Of a stretch of 64,000 nt of DNA, positions 9,986 through 18,863 are shown piece by piece. Position numbers and translations under genes: made by a program. Origin of the DNA: Bacillota bacterium (GTDB taxonomy: Bacteria; Bacillota_I; Bacilli_A; RFN20; CAG-288); the NCBI GenBank assembly GCA_023398335.1, contig JAEWSJ010000006.1, positions 70,446 through 134,445 of the forward strand, written 5' to 3'. Numbering within the stretch: position 1 is the first letter of the stretch; each line of letters starts with the position of its first letter. The notes beneath the pieces are model-generated. The model searched no databases and was not told where the DNA came from. It saw nothing but the letters and a program-made list of their open reading frames with translations.

Positions 9986-11455
9986 TTGAATTTATTTGAA
10001 AAACTACCAGAAAATTTCTTCTCAATCTTATCAAGAAAATTTAAATCCGTTTACGCTTTTTCATTAATAACCCTTTATGAGACCTTGAGAGTATATAAAA
10101 CACAAATAAAGAAATCGGATTATTTAAGTGCGTTAAGAAGTCATGGTGAAGAGATCATGAATCTTTTTGATGTCTCCTTAGATAAACTAGATGATAAAAC
10201 CGATGAAGAAGAAGTAACTTTTGAAGTTGATGAATCGACTTTGGCCGCCAAAACAAATTACATCTTCCGTAAATTGCTTATTACCGGATGGATTTCTGTT
10301 GAAAGGGATGTTAAGACTAATGTCGAATATGTTTATCTTCCGTCGTATTCAATTCGTATGTTGGAATTGTTGTCAAATTTGACTTCAAATTCTAATTTAT
10401 ATATTCCACTTGTTCATCAAACATATTCTGAATTATGTTTGGAAGATGAAAAAGAAGATGATTATATGTTTAAGAGCCTTGTCAGCGCTAGAAAGAATGC
10501 TGATGAACTAGAACTTAATGTTACTTTGCTTCATCATTCTATCTGCGTATTTGGGCATAATTTAAATTCGGTATTTGAACCTAATGAAGTACTTCGTCAA
10601 CACTTTGATATTTATCGTAGTGAAGTAAGTGATAAGATTTATCACCCGATGAAAACTTATGATTCTTTGGGCCTATATGCGATTCCTACAATCGAAATAT
10701 TGAAAAGATGGCAAAGAGATAAAAGAATTATGGGTAAGCTTGTTGCTCAAGCTCGTTTTGATTCTAATTATCTCAAACTTAAAGCGAGTGAAGTGGCTGA
10801 AGTTGTATATAAAATGCTTCAGGAAACTATCGATATATTTGGAAAACTTAATATTGCCTTTAGCGACATTGATAAAGCAAACTCAAAATATACTGAAGCG
10901 GTTCAAAAGAAAGTTAATTTCTTGTCAAACGCTGATAAATCCATAAAAGGTAAATTAGATGCCATCATCTTGGCGATGGCTAAAGGAATATCTTCTTCTA
11001 GTATTAACGACGCTCAAAATGATTATGAGAATGTTGAAATAATCTCCAAAGTAGGAGAGACCATTAATATTTATCATCAAGGTTATTTAGATTCCGATTC
11101 CTTAACATTACCATTCAAGCGTAAAATTAAGGAAAATCTAGATCCGTTACCATTAGAGGATGCGTATTTTGGAGATGATTCCTTGATGAACGACTTCTTG
11201 GACTCCGAAGTTAATAATTTCTCGCAAGATGCAATTATTGATTTCTATTTGAGAAATTTTGGAGATAAGAATGTCGTCACGACTGATGATTTTATTATTG
11301 AAGATGTTGATGAACTTGTTCTTTACATCTTAGGTATTGTTAAAGCTGAATTTGACGAAATGTTCTTCTCAATTGAAAAAGTTGGGGAGAAAACAATTAA
11401 TGGTAATTTCCAAATACCACTATATAAGTTTAAAAGAGTAAGAAAGGGGAGATAA
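9986..11455 (+). CDS. MksF/JetA-like kleisin-type subunit (putative)
   Basis: 489 aa, first gene of a coupled triad. Size, position and acidic helical composition match the kleisin subunit of MksFEB/JetABC clusters. No catalytic motif. Assigned mainly by context. Confidence 0.5.
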   Translation: MNLFEKLPENFFSILSRKFKSVYAFSLITLYETLRVYKTQIKKSDYLSALRSHGEEIMNLFDVSLDKLDDKTDEEEVTFEVDESTLAAKTNYIFRKLLITGWISVERDVKTNVEYVYLPSYSIRMLELLSNLTSNSNLYIPLVHQTYSELCLEDEKEDDYMFKSLVSARKNADELELNVTLLHHSICVFGHNLNSVFEPNEVLRQHFDIYRSEVSDKIYHPMKTYDSLGLYAIPTIEILKRWQRDKRIMGKLVAQARFDSNYLKLKASEVAEVVYKMLQETIDIFGKLNIAFSDIDKANSKYTEAVQKKVNFLSNADKSIKGKLDAIILAMAKGISSSSINDAQNDYENVEIISKVGETINIYHQGYLDSDSLTLPFKRKIKENLDPLPLEDAYFGDDSLMNDFLDSEVNNFSQDAIIDFYLRNFGDKNVVTTDDFIIEDVDELVLYILGIVKAEFDEMFFSIEKVGEKTINGNFQIPLYKFKRVRKGR

Positions 11456-11456
11456 T

Positions 11457-12113
11457 ATGTTTGTTGAAGATTTTGAAAAATTAACTCGTGGTGAGCAAAA
11501 TCAGTTTAAAGCAATTACTAATGACATCTTATACACATGTTTTATCGTTAGAAAAAGCTTTGATAAAATCTCTAATATGAGCAAAATAAATCCGTCATAT
11601 TTATTTATTGAAAGACATTTTGATTTATTTAATAATTATCTTTCTTATATGGATATGGAAATAGTTAAAGATGATGATAATGGTGTTGTGTTTTTAACAT
11701 CTGAGTCGGAGACTAATAGATTAAGACTTGATTCCGTTACAACTTTAGTTGTATATGCTTTACGTTCTTTCTACGAAGAAAAATTAGCAAATAATCCTTC
11801 TTCTTTAGAAGTTTATATGGACTCCGTAAGTTTTAAATTATTCTTAAAGCAACTCGGCTTAACAACAGTAAATAAAAGGCTTTCCTCTGTCTCTTTAGCT
11901 TCATCTTTAAGAAATTTGTCTCATTACAATATTATTTGTCGCGCTCAACATAATTTCTCAGACCCATCTTATTCATTTTACATTTTACCTTCCATTAGAT
12001 ACGTTATTTCTAATGCTAAGTTAAATGCTTTATATGATCAAATAGAGAAAATTAATAATGGAGATTCTTTGGAAGAAGAGAATTCATTACTTAGTGATGG
12101 AGGAGAAAACTAA
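11457..12113 (+). CDS. MksE/JetB-like subunit (DUF4194-like, putative)
   Basis: 218 aa. Starts 1 nt after the upstream stop, and its stop overlaps the next start. The segment ..FIERHFDLFNNYLSYMDMEIVKDDDNGVVFLTSE.. resembles the DUF4194 pattern (L..Y....GLEL..DE..G.AFL). Confidence 0.55.
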   Translation: MFVEDFEKLTRGEQNQFKAITNDILYTCFIVRKSFDKISNMSKINPSYLFIERHFDLFNNYLSYMDMEIVKDDDNGVVFLTSESETNRLRLDSVTTLVVYALRSFYEEKLANNPSSLEVYMDSVSFKLFLKQLGLTTVNKRLSSVSLASSLRNLSHYNIICRAQHNFSDPSYSFYILPSIRYVISNAKLNALYDQIEKINNGDSLEEENSLLSDGGEN

Positions 12114-15100
12114 TGAAAAAAATAGTTAAACTTCGTTTGATAAATTGGCATTTGTTTTTTAATGAAACTACTGATATTGATGATATTACTTTTTTAACTG
12201 GCGCTAACGGCACAGGAAAATCAACAATCATTGATGCCATGCAAATTCTTCTTCTCGGCGATACTTCCGGACGTAACTTTAACAAAGCTGCTAACGATAA
12301 AACCGGTCGTACTTTAAGAGGATATTTACGTGGTGAACTTGGTGAAACTTCTGATGGAAAAATCATGGCTTTACGTCCAGGAAGATTCACTTCATATGTT
12401 GCAATGGAATTTTATGATGATTCAAGCGACTCATCATTTACTTTAGGTATTGTCTTTGATTGCTTTGAAGATGATTCAGAAGAACATCATTTCTTCTTTA
12501 TCAAAGATAAATTTCCAACGAACAACTTTACCAATAGAGAGATGATTGATAAAGAACAACCTCGTCCGTTGGCATATAAAGAATTATCCAAATTCTTATC
12601 TGAAACATATCAACCAAGTCAATTTAAATTCTTTGATTCAAATACGATGTATCAAAACTTTATTAAAGAAGAACTTGGTAATTTACCAGATAAGTATTTT
12701 ACTTTATTTAAAAAAGCTGTTTCGTTCTCACCTATTACAAATATTTCTAATTTTATTACAGAATTTGTTTGCGATATTGATTACAACATTGATATTGAAC
12801 CAATGAGACAAAACATCGAGCAATACAAGTTACTTGAACTGGAAGCTAAACGTATACAAACTAAAGTTGATGCTTTAAATGGCATCAAAGAAGCGTATGA
12901 AAGTTTCAGAAAAAATATCGATAGTATGTCTTTGGCAAATTACGTTATTACTAGAGCTAGATTTGAGGCATATAAACAAGAAATTGATCAATATGAGAAG
13001 AATCTTTCTGATAAGAAACAACGCAAAGATGAAATTAATCAAAAACTTATTGAGAATGACGTTCAAATTAAAGAATTAAAGAGCGATAAAGAGCAATATT
13101 TAGCTAAGAAAGTTGGTTCTTCGGGTTATTCGCTTTCTTCTTCTTTAATTTCTAAAAAGAATCAAGCTTTAGAGAAGATTCAAACCATTGAACAAAACTA
13201 TCAAACGATGACTGCAACTATTACTTCATCAATTAACGATTATGAAAGTATTATTAAACGTATCCAGTCTCGTTTATCTTCTTTTGATGATTCATTCTTA
13301 ACTGATGATGAACAAAATATGTTGGATGAATTTAAGAATATTCAAAACGAATTTGCTCAAACAATATTTGAAGTAAAATCAGCTATAAATAGCAAGTCAT
13401 TAAGTGCTGAAATAATCAAAGAATTACAAGCGGAAATGTCTTCCTATCATTCTTATGCTTCAAAGATGATTCGTACTTTGGAGACTTCAGTCTTTAATTT
13501 ACAAGGCAACATCTCATCTCTTGATATGGAACTTTGTGAGATTAACAGTGGACGTAAACCATTTAAGAATATTTATCTTGAAGTTAAATCCGCCCTTGAA
13601 AATGATTTGAAATTAAAATATCCACATGCGAAAGTTGAGACCTATTGCGACTTAGTAGATATTCGTGATAAGAAATGGACAAAGTCTATTGAAGCTGCTA
13701 TATTCAATCAAAAGTTTAACTTCTTCGTGGAAGAAGATTATTATGAAGAAGCCGCTAAATGTTTAGCTCGCATTGCACGTGAGTATAATTATTACAATAT
13801 TTCTGTCGTTGATACTGCAAAGTTAATCGATCGTAATTTTGAAGCGAATCCAAATAGCGTGGCTGAAGAAATAATTACCGATCATGAAGGAGCAAGAGCG
13901 TATACAAACTTCCTTCTTGGACGTATTAAGAAATGCGATACTTTTGCTGAAGCGAGAGAATCTGGCAACGGACTTTTAGCCAATTGTACCGGATATAGAA
14001 ACTTTGCCTCGTGGTATTTAAATATCAAACTTGCTGAGGTTTCATTTATTGGAACTAAGCTTGATAACTCCACTATTCTTGCTAAAAAAGATGAATTTTC
14101 TTCATATAATAAAGACTTTGAAAAATACAATGAATTACTAAATTATTTTAATAGCATTGCTTTAATTGAAGTTATCAATACTACTCAAGCCCGTACTTTC
14201 GCGGCTGATATTAACGATTATTCACCAAAGATGAAAACCTTGGATGATGAAGTCGAAAGATACGAACAAGAACTAGAAGAAGGTTCACTTGGTGAAGTAA
14301 ATGATTTCGATAAGAAAATCACTGCTATTGATGAAGATATTGCTTCCATTGAAAATGAAAGTAATAACTTACGTGTTCAACTTGGTGGAATTGAAACTCA
14401 AATTCTTCAACTTGAAAACGAATTAATTCCAAATAAGAGAAATCTTCTATCTCATCAAGGGGTCGAACTACAAAAATTTGATGCTGCTTTAGTTGAAGAG
14501 AAGTTTGATCCTTTCTTCGCTAATGCGATGGAGAATTTATCTTTGAATCAAATTGTTACCGATGCTCAAACTCATTATGTTCAAACTCAGAATAAACTTG
14601 GCGCATCAAAATCCAGACTTATGGATTTACGTAGTAAGTACGTGGCAACATACAATTTAAGTTATGATGTTACAAAGGAAAATACAAATGAAGAGTTTGA
14701 TTCGGAATTAACTAATCTTGAAACTGTTTTACTTCCAACTTACGCTTCCAAAATTGATTCTGCACATAAGAAAGCTATTAAAGAATTTAAAGATGATTTC
14801 ATCTATAAACTCAGAACAAGCTTTGAAACAATTAAGGCACAAATTAACGATTTAAATACCGCGTTAAAAGAAGTAAAATTCGGACGTGATTCATATCGTT
14901 TCTCTGTTGAGCCAAATAAAGATTATATGAATTACTATAATATGATTACAGATGATTTATTATTAAATGTTGGTGATGCAGAAGATATATATCTTGAAAA
15001 ATATAAAGATAGCATGGCTGACTTATTCAATATGATCTCTGATTCAACTGATCAATCAGGCGATGTTAAAGCTCAAATACTAGAAAACATTCAAAAGTTT

Positions 15101-15514
15101 ACTGATTATCGAACCTATTTGATTTTCGATCTTTTAGTTAGAAGAGGCGAAAACGAAGTTGAATCATCCTTAGCACGTACATTTAAACGTCAATCTGGTG
15201 GTGAAACTCAAACCCCATTCTACATTTCAATTTTAGCTTCCTTTGCTCAACTTTATCGTTGCCAAGATCAATCTAACAACGATACGTTAAGACTGGTTAT
15301 CTTTGATGAAGCTTTCTCAAAGATGGATGGTAGCAGAATTAAAGAAGCGGTTGGTTTACTCAGAAGTTTCGGCTTACAAGCAATATTATCAACTCCTTCA
15401 GAAAAATTGCGAGATTTATCAAAAGAAGTTGACTTGGTTCTTGTTGCAATTCATGATACTAAGAAGAATAGATCCTATCTTGATAAGTATCAAGAAGTTA
15501 AGAGAATTAACTAA
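12113..15514 (+). CDS. MksB/JetC-like SMC-family ATPase
   Basis: 1133 aa. N-terminal head LINWHLF..ITFLTGANGTGKSTIIDAMQILLLG (Walker A), a long heptad-rich middle, and a C-terminal signature SGGETQTPFYISILASFAQLY plus Walker B LRLVIFDEAFSKMD. Confidence 0.8.
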   Translation: MKKIVKLRLINWHLFFNETTDIDDITFLTGANGTGKSTIIDAMQILLLGDTSGRNFNKAANDKTGRTLRGYLRGELGETSDGKIMALRPGRFTSYVAMEFYDDSSDSSFTLGIVFDCFEDDSEEHHFFFIKDKFPTNNFTNREMIDKEQPRPLAYKELSKFLSETYQPSQFKFFDSNTMYQNFIKEELGNLPDKYFTLFKKAVSFSPITNISNFITEFVCDIDYNIDIEPMRQNIEQYKLLELEAKRIQTKVDALNGIKEAYESFRKNIDSMSLANYVITRARFEAYKQEIDQYEKNLSDKKQRKDEINQKLIENDVQIKELKSDKEQYLAKKVGSSGYSLSSSLISKKNQALEKIQTIEQNYQTMTATITSSINDYESIIKRIQSRLSSFDDSFLTDDEQNMLDEFKNIQNEFAQTIFEVKSAINSKSLSAEIIKELQAEMSSYHSYASKMIRTLETSVFNLQGNISSLDMELCEINSGRKPFKNIYLEVKSALENDLKLKYPHAKVETYCDLVDIRDKKWTKSIEAAIFNQKFNFFVEEDYYEEAAKCLARIAREYNYYNISVVDTAKLIDRNFEANPNSVAEEIITDHEGARAYTNFLLGRIKKCDTFAEARESGNGLLANCTGYRNFASWYLNIKLAEVSFIGTKLDNSTILAKKDEFSSYNKDFEKYNELLNYFNSIALIEVINTTQARTFAADINDYSPKMKTLDDEVERYEQELEEGSLGEVNDFDKKITAIDEDIASIENESNNLRVQLGGIETQILQLENELIPNKRNLLSHQGVELQKFDAALVEEKFDPFFANAMENLSLNQIVTDAQTHYVQTQNKLGASKSRLMDLRSKYVATYNLSYDVTKENTNEEFDSELTNLETVLLPTYASKIDSAHKKAIKEFKDDFIYKLRTSFETIKAQINDLNTALKEVKFGRDSYRFSVEPNKDYMNYYNMITDDLLLNVGDAEDIYLEKYKDSMADLFNMISDSTDQSGDVKAQILENIQKFTDYRTYLIFDLLVRRGENEVESSLARTFKRQSGGETQTPFYISILASFAQLYRCQDQSNNDTLRLVIFDEAFSKMDGSRIKEAVGLLRSFGLQAILSTPSEKLRDLSKEVDLVLVAIHDTKKNRSYLDKYQEVKRIN

Positions 15515-15520
15515 TTATTT

Positions 15521-15550
15521 AAGCGCGTTGATAAATTCAACGCGCTTTTT
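15521..15550 (+). terminator. rho-independent terminator after the Mks-like operon
   Basis: AAGCGCGTTGA-TAAAT-TCAACGCGCTT hairpin followed by TTT. Confidence 0.85.
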
Positions 15551-15650
15551 AGATGAAAAACATATTATTTTCGACTAAAGTCTTTACATTTGTGTAAATA
15601 TATGTTAAAAAAATAAACGTTAACAAAAATTGTTAACATATTTGTCACAA

Positions 15651-15895
15651 AGTAGAGGCGCAATTATTAATTAGTAACAAGTGCTAGTGAAAAGGATTCA
15701 CGTTATGCATTTGCGAAAGGGAATGGTTGCCGAAAGACTTCTTCTAATCCTTAAGAGAAGATCTTGGTCAATTTCATAAGATGAATTTGACTGTCACTTA
15801 ATTTAATTAAGTGGAGAGCTATTGTTGTGTTGAACTAAAAAATTTATTAGTATCAATATAGCGATGGTTCATTAACATGTCCATCGCTTTTTTCT
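15651..15895 (+). promoter_or_regulatory. lysine riboswitch (L-box) with terminator expression platform
   Basis: L-box core blocks occur in order: AGAGGCGC (15654), AGTAAC, GAAAGGGAATGGTTGCCGAAAG, GGTCAA, GACTGTCAC, AAGTGGAGAGCTATTG. The hairpin AGCGATGG(15860-15867)...CCATCGCT(15881-15888) plus a T-run follows, 38 nt before the ABC operon start. Confidence 0.85.
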
Positions 15896-15932
15896 TCTTA
15901 TGGCAAATAGATAATGCATTGGAGGAAATAAT

Positions 15933-16814
15933 ATGAAAAATGCAAAATTTTTAGGAGTCTTAGCTTTAGCTGCTGGACTTGTTGTTGGTGTATCTAGCTG
16001 CGGTGAAAAGAGTGTTCTTACTATCGTACATTTTGATCAAACAATATTAGGTGATACTCAAAAGGACTTAGGAGTTTCGATTGGCTTAAGAAAAACTGAT
16101 ATGGAGTTAAAAGCTAAGGTAAATACATCTTTATCTTCCGTTTCAACCGCTACAAGAAACACATGGATGACTGAAGCACTTGAAAGATCAACGGCAGAAA
16201 TTATCGCATCTGATTCCGCTATTACTACAGCTCCATTTGACTCAGCTAAAGAAACCATCACAGTTGGACTTGAATGTAATTATGCACCATTTAACTGGAC
16301 TGAAGTAAGTGCGAATAATTATTCGTGGCCTATTGAAGGGTCATCAGGTCAGTTTGCCGATGGATATGATATTACTATCGCTCGTAAAATTGCTGAAGAT
16401 TTAAACTGCAACTTAAAGGTTGTTAAAATGGAATGGGATGCTTTAATTCCATCATTAACAAGTAATACTATCGATCTTGTTATTGCTGGTATGACTGATA
16501 CTGAAGAAAGAAGATTATCGATTGATTTTACCGATGAATATTATCGTTCTGAAATGGTTCTCGTGGTAAATTCATCTTCCTCATATGCTACTGCTACTTC
16601 CTTAGAAGACTTTAGGGGTGCTAAGATTGTAAGCCAAACATCAACGGTTACCGATGATGTTATCGAAACTTGGGTTGATTCATTTGGAATCACTCACTTA
16701 AATGCTATGTCTAGTTTTGCTGTTTGTGCGACAGCAGTTACAAGTGGTGCGGCTGATGCGATGACGGCTGAACTTCCAGTTGCCACTTCCATTGTTAATG
16801 GAGCGAATAGATAA
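15933..16814 (+). CDS. amino-acid ABC transporter substrate-binding lipoprotein (family 3), apparently circularly permuted
   Basis: 293 aa. Lipoprotein signal ..LVVGVSSC(23). Canonical SBP_bac_3 core from residue ~107 (ITVGLECNYAPFNW ... DLVIAGMTDTEERR..IDFTDEYY ... ADAMTAELPVA). A C-terminal-type segment (LGVSIGLRKTDMELKAKVNTSL) sits at the N-terminus. Confidence 0.8.
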   Translation: MKNAKFLGVLALAAGLVVGVSSCGEKSVLTIVHFDQTILGDTQKDLGVSIGLRKTDMELKAKVNTSLSSVSTATRNTWMTEALERSTAEIIASDSAITTAPFDSAKETITVGLECNYAPFNWTEVSANNYSWPIEGSSGQFADGYDITIARKIAEDLNCNLKVVKMEWDALIPSLTSNTIDLVIAGMTDTEERRLSIDFTDEYYRSEMVLVVNSSSSYATATSLEDFRGAKIVSQTSTVTDDVIETWVDSFGITHLNAMSSFAVCATAVTSGAADAMTAELPVATSIVNGANR

Positions 16815-17578
16815 TGGGATTTTGGGAAAGAATTGCATATTTATTTGAAAACTATGGTGTTACTTTTGGTAACGGTGTTTGTTCAACATTAATTCTTGCA
16901 ATATTTGGTACGTTTGTCGGTTTGTTTCTTGGTATATTATTGGCATTAGTTCGTAATATTGAATATAAAGAAGCTGATCGAAAGATTACTAGGATAATTA
17001 AAAGATTTGCAAAGACAATTGTCTCGTGTTATATCAATTTCTTCAGAGGAACTCCAATGATGGTTCAAGCGATGATTTTCTTCTTTGCTATTCCAGTATG
17101 GACTTCTATTACAGGAGCGTGGATATTTAACGGATATATGGTTTGTGGATTAATTGTTATTACTATTAATACTGCAGCGTATATGGCTGAAATTGTTCGC
17201 TCTGGCTTAAATGGAATTGATAAAGGGCAAATAGAAGCGGCACGTAGTACCGGTATGTCATATTTTCAAACGATGTTTACCATCGTTATGCCTCAAGCGT
17301 TAAAGAATTCTTTACCAACAATTCTTAATGAATATATTGTTAATGTCAAAGACTCTTCGGTATTAAATGTTATTGGTCTTACTGAATTATACGCGAGTGT
17401 AAGTATTGCCACAAATAAAAATTATTTCAAAGTTGAAGGCTATGTTATTATCGCAGTTATATATTTAATCCTTACTCTTATTGCGACATTTATAGTTAAA
17501 TTAATTTCGATGAAATTAGATGGAAAGAAAATTACTCTTAATCCGTTTAAGCACGCTAAATCAGTGGAGGTAAGATAA
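16814..17578 (+). CDS. amino-acid ABC transporter permease (His/Glu/Gln/Arg/opine family)
   Basis: 254 aa, multi-TM. EAA-type loop region ..[29 protein letters not shown]. Confidence 0.85.
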   Translation: MGFWERIAYLFENYGVTFGNGVCSTLILAIFGTFVGLFLGILLALVRNIEYKEADRKITRIIKRFAKTIVSCYINFFRGTPMMVQAMIFFFAIPVWTSITGAWIFNGYMVCGLIVITINTAAYMAEIVRSGLNGIDKGQIEAARSTGMSYFQTMFTIVMPQALKNSLPTILNEYIVNVKDSSVLNVIGLTELYASVSIATNKNYFKVEGYVIIAVIYLILTLIATFIVKLISMKLDGKKITLNPFKHAKSVEVR

Positions 17579-17579
17579 C

Positions 17580-18620
17580 ATGAGTGATAATATATTGTCC
17601 ATTCAAAATCTGTCTAAACATTTCGGCTCTACTAAAGTCTTAAATGATATATCTTTAGAAGTTAATAAAGGTGAATGTATTGCCATTATTGGTCCTTCTG
17701 GCAGTGGTAAATCAACGTTCTTGCGTTGCATTAATCTTCTTGAGCAAGCGGATGGTGGGAAGGTATTATTTACAACTTTGGAATATTACCATGACTCGAT
17801 TAATAAAATTAAAGAAATAGAAAAACACGCTAGAGTTTTAATTAATTCTCTCGATAAAAAATCTGAATCATATAAAGATGATGTTGAAGATATTAATTCC
17901 GAGAAAGATGCTAAATTATCCGAAATTAAAAAGGTCAGAGTTACAAGAAGAATTGATGACAGTGGATTTTTAAGACTAAAAGAAATAAAAAGAGAAATCA
18001 AAGCTTTGAAGAAAGATAATTCGATTGATAAGGATGATAAAGCGGTTAGATTTGAAAATTACCGTGCTGAAATTGCTGATTTAAAAAGAAATGCGGAACA
18101 CATTGATATTAATAAAGTTCGTACTCAAATCGGAATGGTATTTCAATCGTTTAATTTATTCAATAATTTCAATGTTATTGATAATTGTATTATTCCTCAA
18201 AGAAAAGTACTTAAAACACCACATGATATTGCTAGATCTATCGCTTTAGACAATTTAACTAAGGTTGGCATGATTGACCGAATAAATTATCGAGTCAGTG
18301 AAATATCTGGCGGACAAAAGCAACGTGTTGCAATAGCTAGAGCATTATCGATGAATCCTGAAGTCTTATTATTCGATGAACCGACTTCTGCACTTGATCC
18401 TGAAATGGTCGGAGAAGTCTTAAATGTTATGAAAAACTTAGCAAATGATGGAATGACTATGATTGTAGTTACACACGAAATGGAATTTGCGCGTAACGTT
18501 GCTGATAAAGTAGTCTTCATGGCTGATGGTTATGTTGTTGATGAAGGAACTCCTCATCATATTTTTGAAGAATCAACGAATCCTCGTTTATTAGCGTTTT
18601 TAAGAAAAGAAGTTCAATAA
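17580..18620 (+). CDS. amino-acid ABC transporter ATP-binding protein with a large charged insertion
   Basis: 346 aa. Walker [11 protein letters not shown]-loop [10 protein letters not shown], signature [14 protein letters not shown], Walker [12 protein letters not shown] and H-loop VTHEM. About 105 extra Lys/Glu/Asp-rich residues lie between Walker A and the Q-loop. Confidence 0.9.
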   Translation: MSDNILSIQNLSKHFGSTKVLNDISLEVNKGECIAIIGPSGSGKSTFLRCINLLEQADGGKVLFTTLEYYHDSINKIKEIEKHARVLINSLDKKSESYKDDVEDINSEKDAKLSEIKKVRVTRRIDDSGFLRLKEIKREIKALKKDNSIDKDDKAVRFENYRAEIADLKRNAEHIDINKVRTQIGMVFQSFNLFNNFNVIDNCIIPQRKVLKTPHDIARSIALDNLTKVGMIDRINYRVSEISGGQKQRVAIARALSMNPEVLLFDEPTSALDPEMVGEVLNVMKNLANDGMTMIVVTHEMEFARNVADKVVFMADGYVVDEGTPHHIFEESTNPRLLAFLRKEVQ

Positions 18621-18633
18621 GATATATTAATAA

Positions 18634-18662
18634 AATCGTTAGTTAATTCTAGCGATTTTTTT
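18634..18662 (+). terminator. rho-independent terminator after the ABC operon
   Basis: AATCGTTAG-TTAATT-CTAGCGATT hairpin (one G-U pair) followed by TTTTT. Confidence 0.65.
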
Positions 18663-18863
18663 GATATGTAACCTTTTGATTGCGATAAAAAATGAATATT
18701 GTTGTTCGTAAAATTATCTTATAGATCCATATATTTGTAATTTACGCACATTGAAAGCGTAGAAGTTGGTATTTTTACCTTAGATTATTCAACATAAATA
18801 TAGATTAATAATCTTTGTCTATTGTATAATGATGTTAGAAAGAAATAGAGGCGTGATGGCATT

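Noticed and set aside
12091-12390. 99-aa minus-strand ORF across the mksE/mksB junction, and similar short ORFs at 12546-13079 and 13882-14130
   Set aside because: They are antisense or out-of-frame within a gene with strong ATPase motifs. They have no ribosome-binding sites and are low-complexity.
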